The position numbers and the translations under genes are program-made. Below the pieces are notes generated by a model. That model was not told the origin of the DNA, did no database searches, and saw only the letters and a list, made by a program, of their open reading frames with translations. Source: Burkholderiales bacterium (lineage in GTDB: Bacteria; Pseudomonadota; Gammaproteobacteria; Burkholderiales; SG8-41). Taken from it: a DNA stretch of 46,737 nt. Numbering within the stretch: position 1 is the stretch's first letter; every line of letters begins with the position of its first letter. Below, piece by piece: positions 37,736 to 46,612 of this stretch. The DNA lies in contig JAYOED010000004.1 in assembly GCA_038106575.1 (NCBI GenBank), positions 7,458 through 54,194 of the forward strand. Reading direction: 5' to 3'.

Positions 37736-38710
37736 ATGGCTGAAGCACTGTTTCTCGACGAGGCCTGCGTACGGCAGCTCGTCACAATGAAAGATGCACT
37801 CGCTGCCGTCGAGGAGGTTTTCGGTGAACTGGGGCGAGGCGGCGTGGTCAACGTGCCGCGGGTGCGTGCACCAATCAAGGACGGCATTCTGCGCATTACC
37901 GCAGCAGTGCTGTCCTACCGCGGGTATTACGGCGTCAAGGTGTCGAGCACCGCGGTGTTCCACAGCAACGCGGGACGCATGTTCTGCCTTTATCGCGAGG
38001 AAACCGGGGAACTGTGCGCGGTGGTGCAGGTGTTCGCGATGGGTGCATTACGTACCGGTGCGGCAAGCGGCATTGCCACGAAATATCTTGCCAATCCCGA
38101 TGCGTCTGTTCTTGGGGTGCTTGGTTCCGGACGCCAGGCGCGCACCCAGGTCGATGCGGTCTGTGCCGTGCGACCAGTGCGTGAAATCCGCGTTTGGAGT
38201 CCGCGCGCCGAAAGTCGCGAAGCGTTTTGTGCGAACGTAACAAAAATATACAAAATCAAGTGCCTGCCTGTTGATTCTCCGGAGCAGGCGGTGCGTGTAG
38301 CAGAGTTGCTGGTGACGGCCACGACGGCAACTGCACCGGTGGTGGAAGGCGCATGGCTCCAACCCGGCGTGCATATCAATGCCATCGGCGCGAACTACGA
38401 GCACCGGCGCGAGCTCGATACTTCTGCAGTTGCCGAGGCGAGTTTCATCGCTACCGACGACACCGAGCAGGTGCGCTACGAGTCCACGGATCTCGCGACA
38501 CCGGTATCCGAAGGCAAATTGTCATGGGACAGGGTGCATAGCCTGGGTAACGTGGTCGCCGGGAATCTGAAAGGCCGCACATCACGTGATGACATCACGC
38601 TGTTCAAATCGCTGGGCGTGGCGATCGAGGACGTTGCGCTTGCCGCCCGTGCCTACGAGAAAGCGCTGAAGCTGGGTGTCGGCACGACGCTGCCAGACCT
38701 GACCCGTTAA
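37736..38710 (+). CDS. Ornithine cyclodeaminase / mu-crystallin family protein
   Basis: GVKV, LRTGAASG, GSGRQA, HINAIGA, ITLFKSLGVAIED. Confidence 0.9.
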   Translation: MAEALFLDEACVRQLVTMKDALAAVEEVFGELGRGGVVNVPRVRAPIKDGILRITAAVLSYRGYYGVKVSSTAVFHSNAGRMFCLYREETGELCAVVQVFAMGALRTGAASGIATKYLANPDASVLGVLGSGRQARTQVDAVCAVRPVREIRVWSPRAESREAFCANVTKIYKIKCLPVDSPEQAVRVAELLVTATTATAPVVEGAWLQPGVHINAIGANYEHRRELDTSAVAEASFIATDDTEQVRYESTDLATPVSEGKLSWDRVHSLGNVVAGNLKGRTSRDDITLFKSLGVAIEDVALAARAYEKALKLGVGTTLPDLTR

Positions 38711-38726
38711 ACCCGGAGGATGAACC

Positions 38727-39248
38727 ATGGCGCGCATCCCGCCGCTGGAACCCGATAACGAGCCCGATGTACTGAAACCGGTGTTTGACCAGTTGCGCGC
38801 CACCCGGGGCAGTGTGCCCGGCATGTACCGCACTCTGGCGCACCAGCCGGCCATACTGGCCGCCCACCGCGCCTATTTTCACGCAGCACTTGATGCTGGC
38901 CTGTTGCCGCGTCCATTCAAGGAAAAAATTGCCTGGCGCACCGCGCGGCTGTGCGGTTCAGAATACTCGTCGGCTTCACATCGCCGCTATGCGCTGAAAC
39001 ATGGTGTCGCCGAAAGCGAACTCGCGGCCATCGACCGCGGGGATTATTCCGCATTGACGCCGCGGGAGGCTGCGGCATTGCGGTTTGCAGAAGCGATGGT
39101 CAGGGGACGGGGCAAAGTCGACGATTCCGAATTCGGTACGCTGAAAGAACATTTCACGTCGCCGGAGATCGTCGAAATCGCCGCGCTGATCGGCATCATG
39201 GAACTTGCTTCCGCGCTGGGCGCAGCATTCTCGCTCGCACCGGATTGA
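38727..39248 (+). CDS. Carboxymuconolactone decarboxylase / AhpD-like protein lacking CxxC
   Basis: MARIPPLEP, MYRTLAHQP, KEKIA, SEYSSASH, REAAALRFAE, HFTSPEIVEI. Confidence 0.82.
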   Translation: MARIPPLEPDNEPDVLKPVFDQLRATRGSVPGMYRTLAHQPAILAAHRAYFHAALDAGLLPRPFKEKIAWRTARLCGSEYSSASHRRYALKHGVAESELAAIDRGDYSALTPREAAALRFAEAMVRGRGKVDDSEFGTLKEHFTSPEIVEIAALIGIMELASALGAAFSLAPD

Positions 39249-39287
39249 CTGCGATGCCGGCGCGACCCCCACGCCGGCATCTGCAGA

Positions 39288-40247
39288 TCATTTGAGTTTG
39301 ATATTAGCCTCGCGGATCACCTTGCCCCAGCGCTCGTATTCGGCGCGCAGGAACTCGGCAGCCTGTTCCGGATTGCGGGTGTGGACTTCGCCGCCCAGCT
39401 TGGTGAACCGCGCACGCATGTCGGGGGACGACATTGCCTTCACCGATTCCGCGTTGAGGCGTTCGATGATCGGTCGCGGCGTGCCGGCCGGTGCCAGCAG
39501 TCCATACCAGTTGACCGCGATCAGGCCGGGCAACCCGGCTTCCGCCGAGGTCGGAACGTTGGGAATTGAGGCGTTGCGCTTGGCATCGAGGACTACCAGA
39601 GGGCGCATCCGGTTTGCCTTGATGTACGGCAGGGTGCTGGAGACCACGACGATCACCATGTCGACTTCACCGGCAATCGAGCCGGCCAGACCGAAGGTTG
39701 CGCTCTTGTAGGGTACATGGGTGAACTTGATCTTCGCGGTCAGCTGCAGCAGTTCGGATGCAAGATGATTGGCTGAGCCGAAGCCGCCGGAACCGTAGGC
39801 GATCTTGCCGGGGTTGGTGCGCGCCAGGTTGATCAATTCGCGCATGTTCTTCGCCGGCACCGAGGGGTGCACCACGATCGCGTTGGGAATGGTCGCGAGC
39901 AGGGAGATTGGCGCGAAATCGCGGAAGTCGTAGCCGACTTTCGGATTCAGGTGTGGGTTAGTCAGCACCGGCACGGCGCCGACCACCATCGTGTAGCCGT
40001 CAGGCGCGGACTTTGCGGCGGCGAGGAATCCGATGTTGCCGGTTGCGCCGACTCGCGGTTCCGGAACGATTTGCTGGCCCAGCGTTTCCGACATCTTGCC
40101 GGCGACCAGGCGGCCGACGGTGTCGGAGCCGCCGGCGAAGGGCAGGATCAGCCGGATCGGCTTGCTCGGGTAGCTTTGAGCCTGTGCGGCGGGTATCGCC
40201 AGGATTGCCGCACAACACGCGGCGATGACGCCATGTAATACTGACAT
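39288..40247 (-). CDS. Bug/TctC substrate-binding protein
   Basis: Signal peptide, YPSKPIRLILPFAGG, APDGYT, HVPYKS. Confidence 0.92.
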   Translation of the reverse strand: MSVLHGVIAACCAAILAIPAAQAQSYPSKPIRLILPFAGGSDTVGRLVAGKMSETLGQQIVPEPRVGATGNIGFLAAAKSAPDGYTMVVGAVPVLTNPHLNPKVGYDFRDFAPISLLATIPNAIVVHPSVPAKNMRELINLARTNPGKIAYGSGGFGSANHLASELLQLTAKIKFTHVPYKSATFGLAGSIAGEVDMVIVVVSSTLPYIKANRMRPLVVLDAKRNASIPNVPTSAEAGLPGLIAVNWYGLLAPAGTPRPIIERLNAESVKAMSSPDMRARFTKLGGEVHTRNPEQAAEFLRAEYERWGKVIREANIKLK

Positions 40248-40266
40248 GTAGATCTCCTAATTTCGG

Positions 40267-40965
40267 TTATTGTTGATTGCGTTCTTCGTTGTCGCTTTCC
40301 ACCAGCGCCCACACGCGCTTGAACGGCCCGCGGCTTTTCAGCAGTTCACCTCCGGCATCGGCTGCCAGTTGGTAGTCAATCCACAGCGGCTTACCCATGC
40401 TGGCTGCGGCGTGGGCGCGACGGGCGTTTTCCTCAAACAGGAAGGTGCCTCCGACGCATTCCTCGACGCTGGCACCAGTGATGGCGGCACCATGGGCGCG
40501 CATCAGCACGGCACGGTGCGTGCCCAGCGCCTTCGCCAGCGCGCCGCCCCGGTCGGCGTTGGTCACCAGCCGCGGATCGTCGTAAACGGGTATGCCGTCG
40601 TGGAACAGGGTGCCCATCAGGTGGATCGGACGCAGGCGGTGCTCACCGGTGGTAAAGGCGGTTGAATGCAAGCCGTGGTAATGGATTACGCTGCCGATGT
40701 CTGGTCGTGCCTTGAGGATTTCGAGGTGTATCGGATATTCGCCGGGCATCGCACCTTCGCCCGCCACCTTGCGGCCCTGCATGTCGACAACGATAAAATC
40801 CTCTGCCGCGGCCCGCGGGCCCAGCGAATGGCGTGCCAGTAGGAAGAGGCCGGGGTCGGGCAGGCGGGCACTGATATGGCCGAAGCCTTCGATAAAACCG
40901 CGCTTGTAGAGAAAATTCCAGGCTTTAAGCAGCTTTGTAATGAGTTCGTCAGGAACGGTAGTCAT
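40267..40965 (-). CDS. Class II aldolase/adducin family protein
   Basis: EGFGHISAR, EYPIH, ARPD, VIHYH, LMRAHG metal-binding histidines. Confidence 0.88.
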   Translation of the reverse strand: MTTVPDELITKLLKAWNFLYKRGFIEGFGHISARLPDPGLFLLARHSLGPRAAAEDFIVVDMQGRKVAGEGAMPGEYPIHLEILKARPDIGSVIHYHGLHSTAFTTGEHRLRPIHLMGTLFHDGIPVYDDPRLVTNADRGGALAKALGTHRAVLMRAHGAAITGASVEECVGGTFLFEENARRAHAAASMGKPLWIDYQLAADAGGELLKSRGPFKRVWALVESDNEERNQQ

Positions 40966-41076
40966 GGTGCGTGGCTTGTTCTTGTTTGACCCCGCAGTTT
41001 ACCGCGACAGTCGGCAGCCAGTGCAAAGATTTGCGTCGCCGAGCGACAGATATGAAACTTCAACCAGAAGTTGCTA

Positions 41077-41556
41077 ATGACTTGTTTCCTACATCGATCC
41101 TAGGATGACCCGTTGGATCGACGGATTTTCCTCAGCAGCATCGCAGGTGCCGAAGCGCTGCTCGCATTTCTGGGTCAGTTACTTGAGACGCAGGTCTGAG
41201 ACGCCATGGGCGAGCTCTATGTCAACGGACAGCGCACGGCACCCAGCACCCGCTTACAGCCTGGCGATCGCGTGCTGCGAACCGCAGCATTGACTGCCGG
41301 CATCCGCGCCACCAGCATTTACGTCGAAGCCAGCGCGATGGTGATCTATTTCTGCACCTGTTACGTTGCCGTGGATCTCAGGTGCGTGGTCTACAAGTCG
41401 AAGAAGGACATGCACGCTGACAACCACCAGGCCAATTACATCTAATGCTGGTTCGAGGCGGGACGCTCCATCATTGACGTGCTGGTGGTCAACCACGCCA
41501 ACGCCGAGCTAATGCAGCTGGAGAAAATGGTTGGCCAGGTGTCGCCGTTCGGTTGA
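41077..41556 (+). pseudogene. FecR-domain-like Tat-exported protein, internally deleted, 3 in-frame stops
   Basis: One frame reads MTCFLHRS*DDPLDRRIFL...QV*DAMGELYVNG...LQPGDRV|LRTAALTAGIRATSIYVE...YFCTCY...NYI*...NHANAELMQLEKMVGQVSPFG*. Stops at 41101, 41197 and 41443; AGIRxT is FecR-like. Confidence 0.7.
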
Positions 41557-41565
41557 GCGGCGGGG

Positions 41566-42699
41566 CTAAAGGATTTTCTCACCGAATTTCTTCAACGCTT
41601 TTTCGGAAAGCGTCAGTCCGAGTCCCGGCTGTTCTTTCAGGGTCAGCATGCCGTTGGCAATCTTCGGTGGGTCCTCGAACAGTTCGGCCTGCAGTGGATC
41701 GCGTTCGGGATCGGTGAAGGATTCGACGATGCAACCCGCTGGGCTGCCGGCGACGATGTGGGCGTGGATGAAACAGTCATGGTGCGGCGCGACCTGCACA
41801 TGGTTCATTTCACACAGCGCCGCGAGCTTGCGGCCCATCGTGAAGCCGCCCATCATCGTGCAGTCGAACTGCAGAATCTGGATTGCACCGTCCTCGATCA
41901 GGTCGCGGCAGCCGTAGCCGGTCAGTTCGCTTTCGCCGGCTGACAGCGGGATGTTGGTCTGCTGTGCGAGTTTCTTCAGTTCGCGATGGTCATCCGCCCA
42001 GCGTACGGGTTCTTCCAGCCAGCGCGGATTAAGCGGCAGCATTTCGCGCGCGGCCTGGATTGCAGTGGGTAGATCCCAGGCGCGGTTGACGTCAACCATC
42101 AGTTCCTTGTCGGGCCCGATTGTTTCACGGATCAGTTCCAGCCGCTGCATGTCTTCGGCCAGTGAGACGCCGCCGACCTTGGCCTTGAAGCCCTGGTGGC
42201 CCTGTGCTTTCAGCATCTGCATTTCGTCCTTGAGTTCGGACATGGTTTTGCTTTCGCGGTAATAGGCGCAGGTCACGTAGCAGGGCACTTCGCAGCGGAA
42301 GCCGCCGAACAGACGGTAGAGCGGCAGTTTGGCCGCCTTGCCAATCACGTCCCAGGCGGCGATGTCCACCGCCGCGGCAATGCGTACGACGGCTTCGCGT
42401 GTCCAGCCTTTTTCGGAGGCAATGCGCTGCGCAGTCAGCCAGAACAGCTTGTGATGCAGTTTCTCTGAGGCCAGTGGATCTTCGCCGACAATGTGATCGG
42501 CGATGCCTGACTTGAAAGCCTTGATCGCAGCCTCGATCGGCGTATAGCTGGTGGCTATCCCCACGCCTTCGATGCCGGCATCGGTTTGCATGCGCACTAG
42601 AATTTCATTGGCCTTGGGCACGATGAAATGGCTGACCCAGTGAGGGCGGCTATCGTCAGGTGCACGCAGAATATAAATCTCGAGCTTGGTAATTTTCAT
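41566..42699 (-). CDS. Mandelate racemase / muconate lactonizing enzyme family (enolase superfamily)
   Basis: AVDIAAWD, KAK (KxK), MVDVN, WLEEP, AGES, APH, PGLG. Confidence 0.92.
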   Translation of the reverse strand: MKITKLEIYILRAPDDSRPHWVSHFIVPKANEILVRMQTDAGIEGVGIATSYTPIEAAIKAFKSGIADHIVGEDPLASEKLHHKLFWLTAQRIASEKGWTREAVVRIAAAVDIAAWDVIGKAAKLPLYRLFGGFRCEVPCYVTCAYYRESKTMSELKDEMQMLKAQGHQGFKAKVGGVSLAEDMQRLELIRETIGPDKELMVDVNRAWDLPTAIQAAREMLPLNPRWLEEPVRWADDHRELKKLAQQTNIPLSAGESELTGYGCRDLIEDGAIQILQFDCTMMGGFTMGRKLAALCEMNHVQVAPHHDCFIHAHIVAGSPAGCIVESFTDPERDPLQAELFEDPPKIANGMLTLKEQPGLGLTLSEKALKKFGEKIL

Positions 42700-42730
42700 A
42701 TTGATCAGTGTATCGGTGGTGGGTCCGAGT

Positions 42731-43990
42731 TTAACGTTTTCCGCCTGCCATCTGCACGGCTTCGGGCATGCGCCGCAGCCGCCACGTCGCCACCGGGCTC
42801 ATCATGGCGATCACGCCCAGAGAGCACCAGGCGAGTCCCCAGGTAACAACGGGTGATGTCTGCACGGCGCCTGCCGCATCAAGAACCAGGCCGAATACCC
42901 ATGGAGCGATAGCGCCGGCGCCGAATCCCAGCACCGAGCGCACCGAGTAGGCGGCGCCGATGAGGCGGGGCGGCACCAGTTCGGTCACTGCCGTGGAAAA
43001 CACTGACGAATCGCCGACCGCAGCAAAACTGTAGACGAAGCAGATTACCGACAGCAGCCACAGCGGCAGTCCGATCAGCCAGCCCAGCAACAACGAACAG
43101 GTGGCGCTGATGGTGGCGAGAACTAGCATGCTCCAGGTACGTCCCATGCGATCCGACAGCCAGCCCCCAGTGACGCTGCCGACCATGCTGCCGACGTAGG
43201 CAATTGCAGCAAGCCCCGCACCGAGGCTGGCCGATGCAGTGGCGCTGCTGCCGGAGGTATAGGCTGCTGCGGCTGCCAGAAAAGCCGGCATCCATGCCTT
43301 CATGCCGAGCATTTCCCATGAATGGAAGGTATAGGCCCATGTCACCAGCATCGCGGGTTTGTTGGCGAGGATTGCGCCGACCGGCTTTTCGGCGTCGTGT
43401 TCAGCGCTCTGGGGATGAATGACGTTGGGTGTTGCGCGCAGCGCGTAAAGTGCGACGAAAATGCCGATCAGCGGCCCGAGAGCATTGGCGATGAAGGCGC
43501 CGCGCCAGCCGAACAGCGGCGTTACCGCGCCGGTGATCACCAGCGCCAGTGCGTAGCCCCCGGAAGCGGCGGCAATGTAGAAGCCCATCGCACGACCGCG
43601 GCCCTTTGACTGGAAGCGTTCTGCGATCAGCGCCAGCCCCGGCGTGTACGAGCCGCCGGAGAAAAGCCCCGTGAGGCCGTAGAGCAGTGCGGCGCTTAGG
43701 AAGCTGTCGGCAAAGAACGCGAACAGCATTGCCATGAGGCTGGAAATTCCGCTGGATAGGATGAATACGCGTTTGGCGCCATAACGGTCAGCTAGCAGAC
43801 CCACTGCGACCAGCGAGAACAGGTAACCGATGTGCCAGGCCGACTGGATTAGACCGGCTTCGCCACCGGTCATGTTCCATTCCAGTTTCAGCAGTGGGAT
43901 CGATGCTGCATAGGTGGTGAACATCACCGCAAAGCTGGTGCGGCTCGCGCACAGCCAGGTCAGCCAGAGCCCGTCGCTGTCACGTTGCAT
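42731..43990 (-). CDS. MFS transporter
   Basis: About 12 TM segments; motif A twice (GLLADRYGAK, GWLSDRMGR). ATG 43990 chosen to avoid overlap. Confidence 0.9.
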   Translation of the reverse strand: MQRDSDGLWLTWLCASRTSFAVMFTTYAASIPLLKLEWNMTGGEAGLIQSAWHIGYLFSLVAVGLLADRYGAKRVFILSSGISSLMAMLFAFFADSFLSAALLYGLTGLFSGGSYTPGLALIAERFQSKGRGRAMGFYIAAASGGYALALVITGAVTPLFGWRGAFIANALGPLIGIFVALYALRATPNVIHPQSAEHDAEKPVGAILANKPAMLVTWAYTFHSWEMLGMKAWMPAFLAAAAAYTSGSSATASASLGAGLAAIAYVGSMVGSVTGGWLSDRMGRTWSMLVLATISATCSLLLGWLIGLPLWLLSVICFVYSFAAVGDSSVFSTAVTELVPPRLIGAAYSVRSVLGFGAGAIAPWVFGLVLDAAGAVQTSPVVTWGLAWCSLGVIAMMSPVATWRLRRMPEAVQMAGGKR

Positions 43991-44009
43991 CGTGCTCAAG
44001 GCGTACCGC

Positions 44010-44780
44010 CTATTTACCGAGAAACTTCGGCGGCCGCTTTTCCTTGAATGCGGCAACGCCTTCCTGGTGGTCGTGGGTTAGGCGTACGATGCCGGAAGCG
44101 AGGGTTTCCATTTCGCACAATTGTTCGAGTGTCGGCACCGCCATCGACTGGAACATTTTCTTAGCCAGAGCCAGCGCGTAGGTCGCGGATTCGGCAAATT
44201 CCTGCGCTAGCGCCAGAGCTGCGGTCTCCAGTTCGGCATCGGCAACCACACGCGATACCAAGCCGAGTTCTTTTGCTTCGTCGGCTCCGAAGGCGCGCGC
44301 GGTATAGACTAGTTCCTTGGCCTGAGCGATGCCGAGGCGCTGCACCATGAAGAAGATCGCGCCGCCGTCAGGCACCACGCCAACCTTTTTGAAAGCCATC
44401 GAGAATTTGGTGGTATCGGAGGCGATGATCAGGTCGCAGGCAAGTGCCAAAGCGTTGCCGATGCCGTAGACCGCGCCGCGGGTGGCAGCGATGACCGGTT
44501 TGTCGAGGTTGTAGAGTTCAATGATGGTGCGATGACGTTTCTGCGAGCGGCTGCGGCCCGATTTGATGTCGGACTTAGCCATGGCGCTGACGTCGCCACC
44601 GGAACAGAAGGCGCGACCTTCACCTTTGAGTACTACCACGCGGATGTCGTCATCGGCGGCGATGGCGTTAATGTGATCGTAGAGCGCGTCCCACATCGGA
44701 TCGGCCATCGCGTTCAGCCGGTCTGGACGGTCCAGCGTGAGGACCGCGATTCCGTCGTTTTTCTCGAAACGTACGTTCAT
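44010..44780 (-). CDS. Enoyl-CoA hydratase/isomerase (crotonase; PaaG-like), paralog of 28083-28853
   Basis: AFCSGGDV, KPVIAATRG, LACD, GVVPDGG, AFKEKRPPKF. Confidence 0.92.
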   Translation of the reverse strand: MNVRFEKNDGIAVLTLDRPDRLNAMADPMWDALYDHINAIAADDDIRVVVLKGEGRAFCSGGDVSAMAKSDIKSGRSRSQKRHRTIIELYNLDKPVIAATRGAVYGIGNALALACDLIIASDTTKFSMAFKKVGVVPDGGAIFFMVQRLGIAQAKELVYTARAFGADEAKELGLVSRVVADAELETAALALAQEFAESATYALALAKKMFQSMAVPTLEQLCEMETLASGIVRLTHDHQEGVAAFKEKRPPKFLGK

Positions 44781-44790
44781 CGGGGTCAGG

Positions 44791-45717
44791 TCAGATAGAG
44801 TTCCACGGGAACACGTCCCCGGTGCGCTCGGTTGGTGTATAGAACCAGCTCTTCAAAGCCGGCAGCATGTGCTCGGCACATCGCTGCGGCGTCCAGCCGT
44901 CGCCGCGATGGATGCTGCGCAGCGGTCGCGACTGGCTCATCAGGAAAATCTCGTTCTTGCGCGTCGCGAAGACTTGGGCGTTGACATCCTTGGCTGCGTC
45001 GCTCAGCAGGAATACCGCGAGCGGGGCGTTGTGTTCGGGCGTGACCTGTTTGCGCTGTTCGATACGCGCCACGGTGGCCGGATCCTTGGGTGGCACCGAG
45101 GCCGTCATCCGTGTCCACGCCACCGGTGCGATGCAGTTCGAGCGCACGTTGAAGCGCGACATGTCCACTGCGATGCCCTTTGACATTGCCACCATGCCCA
45201 GCTTGGCGGCGCCGTAGTTGACCTGGCCCATGCCGCCGATCAGACCGGAGGTCGAGGTCATGTGCACCAAGGCGCCGGATTCCTGCTTGCGGAAATGATC
45301 AGCGGCGTGGCGCGAACAGTTGAACGCGCCTTTCAGCATCACGCCGACCACTGAATCCCAGTCGCTCTCGCTCATCTTGTGGAAAATCACGTCGCGCAGG
45401 ATGCCCGCGTTGTTGACCACGCCGTCGATGCGCCCGAAGTTGTCGAGCGCGCACTGGATGATTTTTCCGGCGCTGACGAATTCGGCAACGCTGTCGTAAT
45501 TTGCCGCGGCCTCGCCGCCGGCCTTCAAGATTTCGTTGACGACGTCCTGCGCTGGGGTCTGGTCGCCGCCCGCACCGTCGAGTGCGACGCCGATGTCGTT
45601 GACCACCACTTTCGCGCCATGTGCCGCTGCCATTTTCGCGATTGCGGCCCCAATGCCGCGGCCTGCGCCCGTCACCACGACCACTTTGCCTTCCATCATC
45701 CGGAGTTCTGCCATCAT
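44791..45717 (-). CDS. SDR oxidoreductase (3-hydroxyacyl-CoA dehydrogenase-like)
   Basis: TGAGRGIG, VVVNDIG, NNAGILRD, GQVNYGAAK. Confidence 0.9.
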   Translation of the reverse strand: MMAELRMMEGKVVVVTGAGRGIGAAIAKMAAAHGAKVVVNDIGVALDGAGGDQTPAQDVVNEILKAGGEAAANYDSVAEFVSAGKIIQCALDNFGRIDGVVNNAGILRDVIFHKMSESDWDSVVGVMLKGAFNCSRHAADHFRKQESGALVHMTSTSGLIGGMGQVNYGAAKLGMVAMSKGIAVDMSRFNVRSNCIAPVAWTRMTASVPPKDPATVARIEQRKQVTPEHNAPLAVFLLSDAAKDVNAQVFATRKNEIFLMSQSRPLRSIHRGDGWTPQRCAEHMLPALKSWFYTPTERTGDVFPWNSI

Positions 45718-45754
45718 AGCCTCTTGATCAATAAATATATGATTCTAAATGATT

Positions 45755-46612
45755 TTATGAAATTTCCGCGCGGCCGTTATTGAGCACCGTGACGCTGCGT
45801 GCCGGCACCGTGGCGCGGAAAGTGATGACTTTGCCATCGATCCATATTTCGGTGCGGATGGTTTCTCCGGGATAGACCGGCGAGGAGAAACGCCCGGCCA
45901 TGCTTTTCAACTTCAGCGGATCGTAATCGCATACGGATTTCAACAACGCATGGCCAACCACGCTGAACGTCGCGCGGCCGTGCAGGATCGGCATCTTGAA
46001 ACCGGCCTTTGCCGCGTATACCGGATCTGCGTGCAACGGATTGTAATCGCCGGAAAGCCGGTAGATCAGAGCCGCCTGCGGCAATGTTGTGACATCGCAG
46101 ACCGCGTGAGCTGGTGTTTCAGGAATCGGCTGCGGTGCCGGGGTCGGGCCTGATGGTCCGCCAAAACCGCCGTCGGCCCGGCAAAAGGTGGTCGAAGTCA
46201 GCGTGCAGATCAGATCACCGCTGTTTTTTTCGCGCACATCGCAAGCCGTCTGTAGCAGTGCGCCCTTGTCCTTGCCTTTGTCGAGAACGCCGGTGACGCG
46301 GGTCTTGCCGGTGATTGGACCTTCAACCGGCAGTGGTTTGTGAATCACGAATCCCTGTTCTCCGTGCACCACGTGGCTGCGGGTGACCCCGGTGCCGGGC
46401 GCGGCGTGCCACGGACCGGGATAGCCAAGGATGATCGCCATCGTCGGCAGCGCTTTCAGGTTTTCTTCGTAGACGAACTGCAGCTGTTTGACGTCGACCG
46501 GGTCTGCGCCGAGGCCGACGCCCAGTGCGTAGAGTATGGTGTCGCGCTTCGTCAGTTGTTGTTCAACTTGTGGAATATTCCAGTTGAGAAGTTTCTGGTA
46601 GTCGATGGCCAT
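45755..46612 (-). CDS. MaoC-type (R)-specific enoyl-CoA hydratase, double hot-dog fold
   Basis: ILYALGVG, VVHGEQ, hydratase-2 motif YRLSGDYNPLHAD, PILHG, RFSSPVYPGET. Confidence 0.92.
   Translation of the reverse strand: MAIDYQKLLNWNIPQVEQQLTKRDTILYALGVGLGADPVDVKQLQFVYEENLKALPTMAIILGYPGPWHAAPGTGVTRSHVVHGEQGFVIHKPLPVEGPITGKTRVTGVLDKGKDKGALLQTACDVREKNSGDLICTLTSTTFCRADGGFGGPSGPTPAPQPIPETPAHAVCDVTTLPQAALIYRLSGDYNPLHADPVYAAKAGFKMPILHGRATFSVVGHALLKSVCDYDPLKLKSMAGRFSSPVYPGETIRTEIWIDGKVITFRATVPARSVTVLNNGRAEIS

Noticed and set aside
9838-41556. In-frame stops in the HAD, TctC and FecR-like remnants as genetic-code reassignment or pyrrolysine/Sec recoding
   Set aside because: The stops are a mix of TAG, TAA and TGA and come with deletions, frameshifts and decayed motifs. 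All three codons end intact genes in this window. Only TGA 17873 has a UxxC context and a hairpin.
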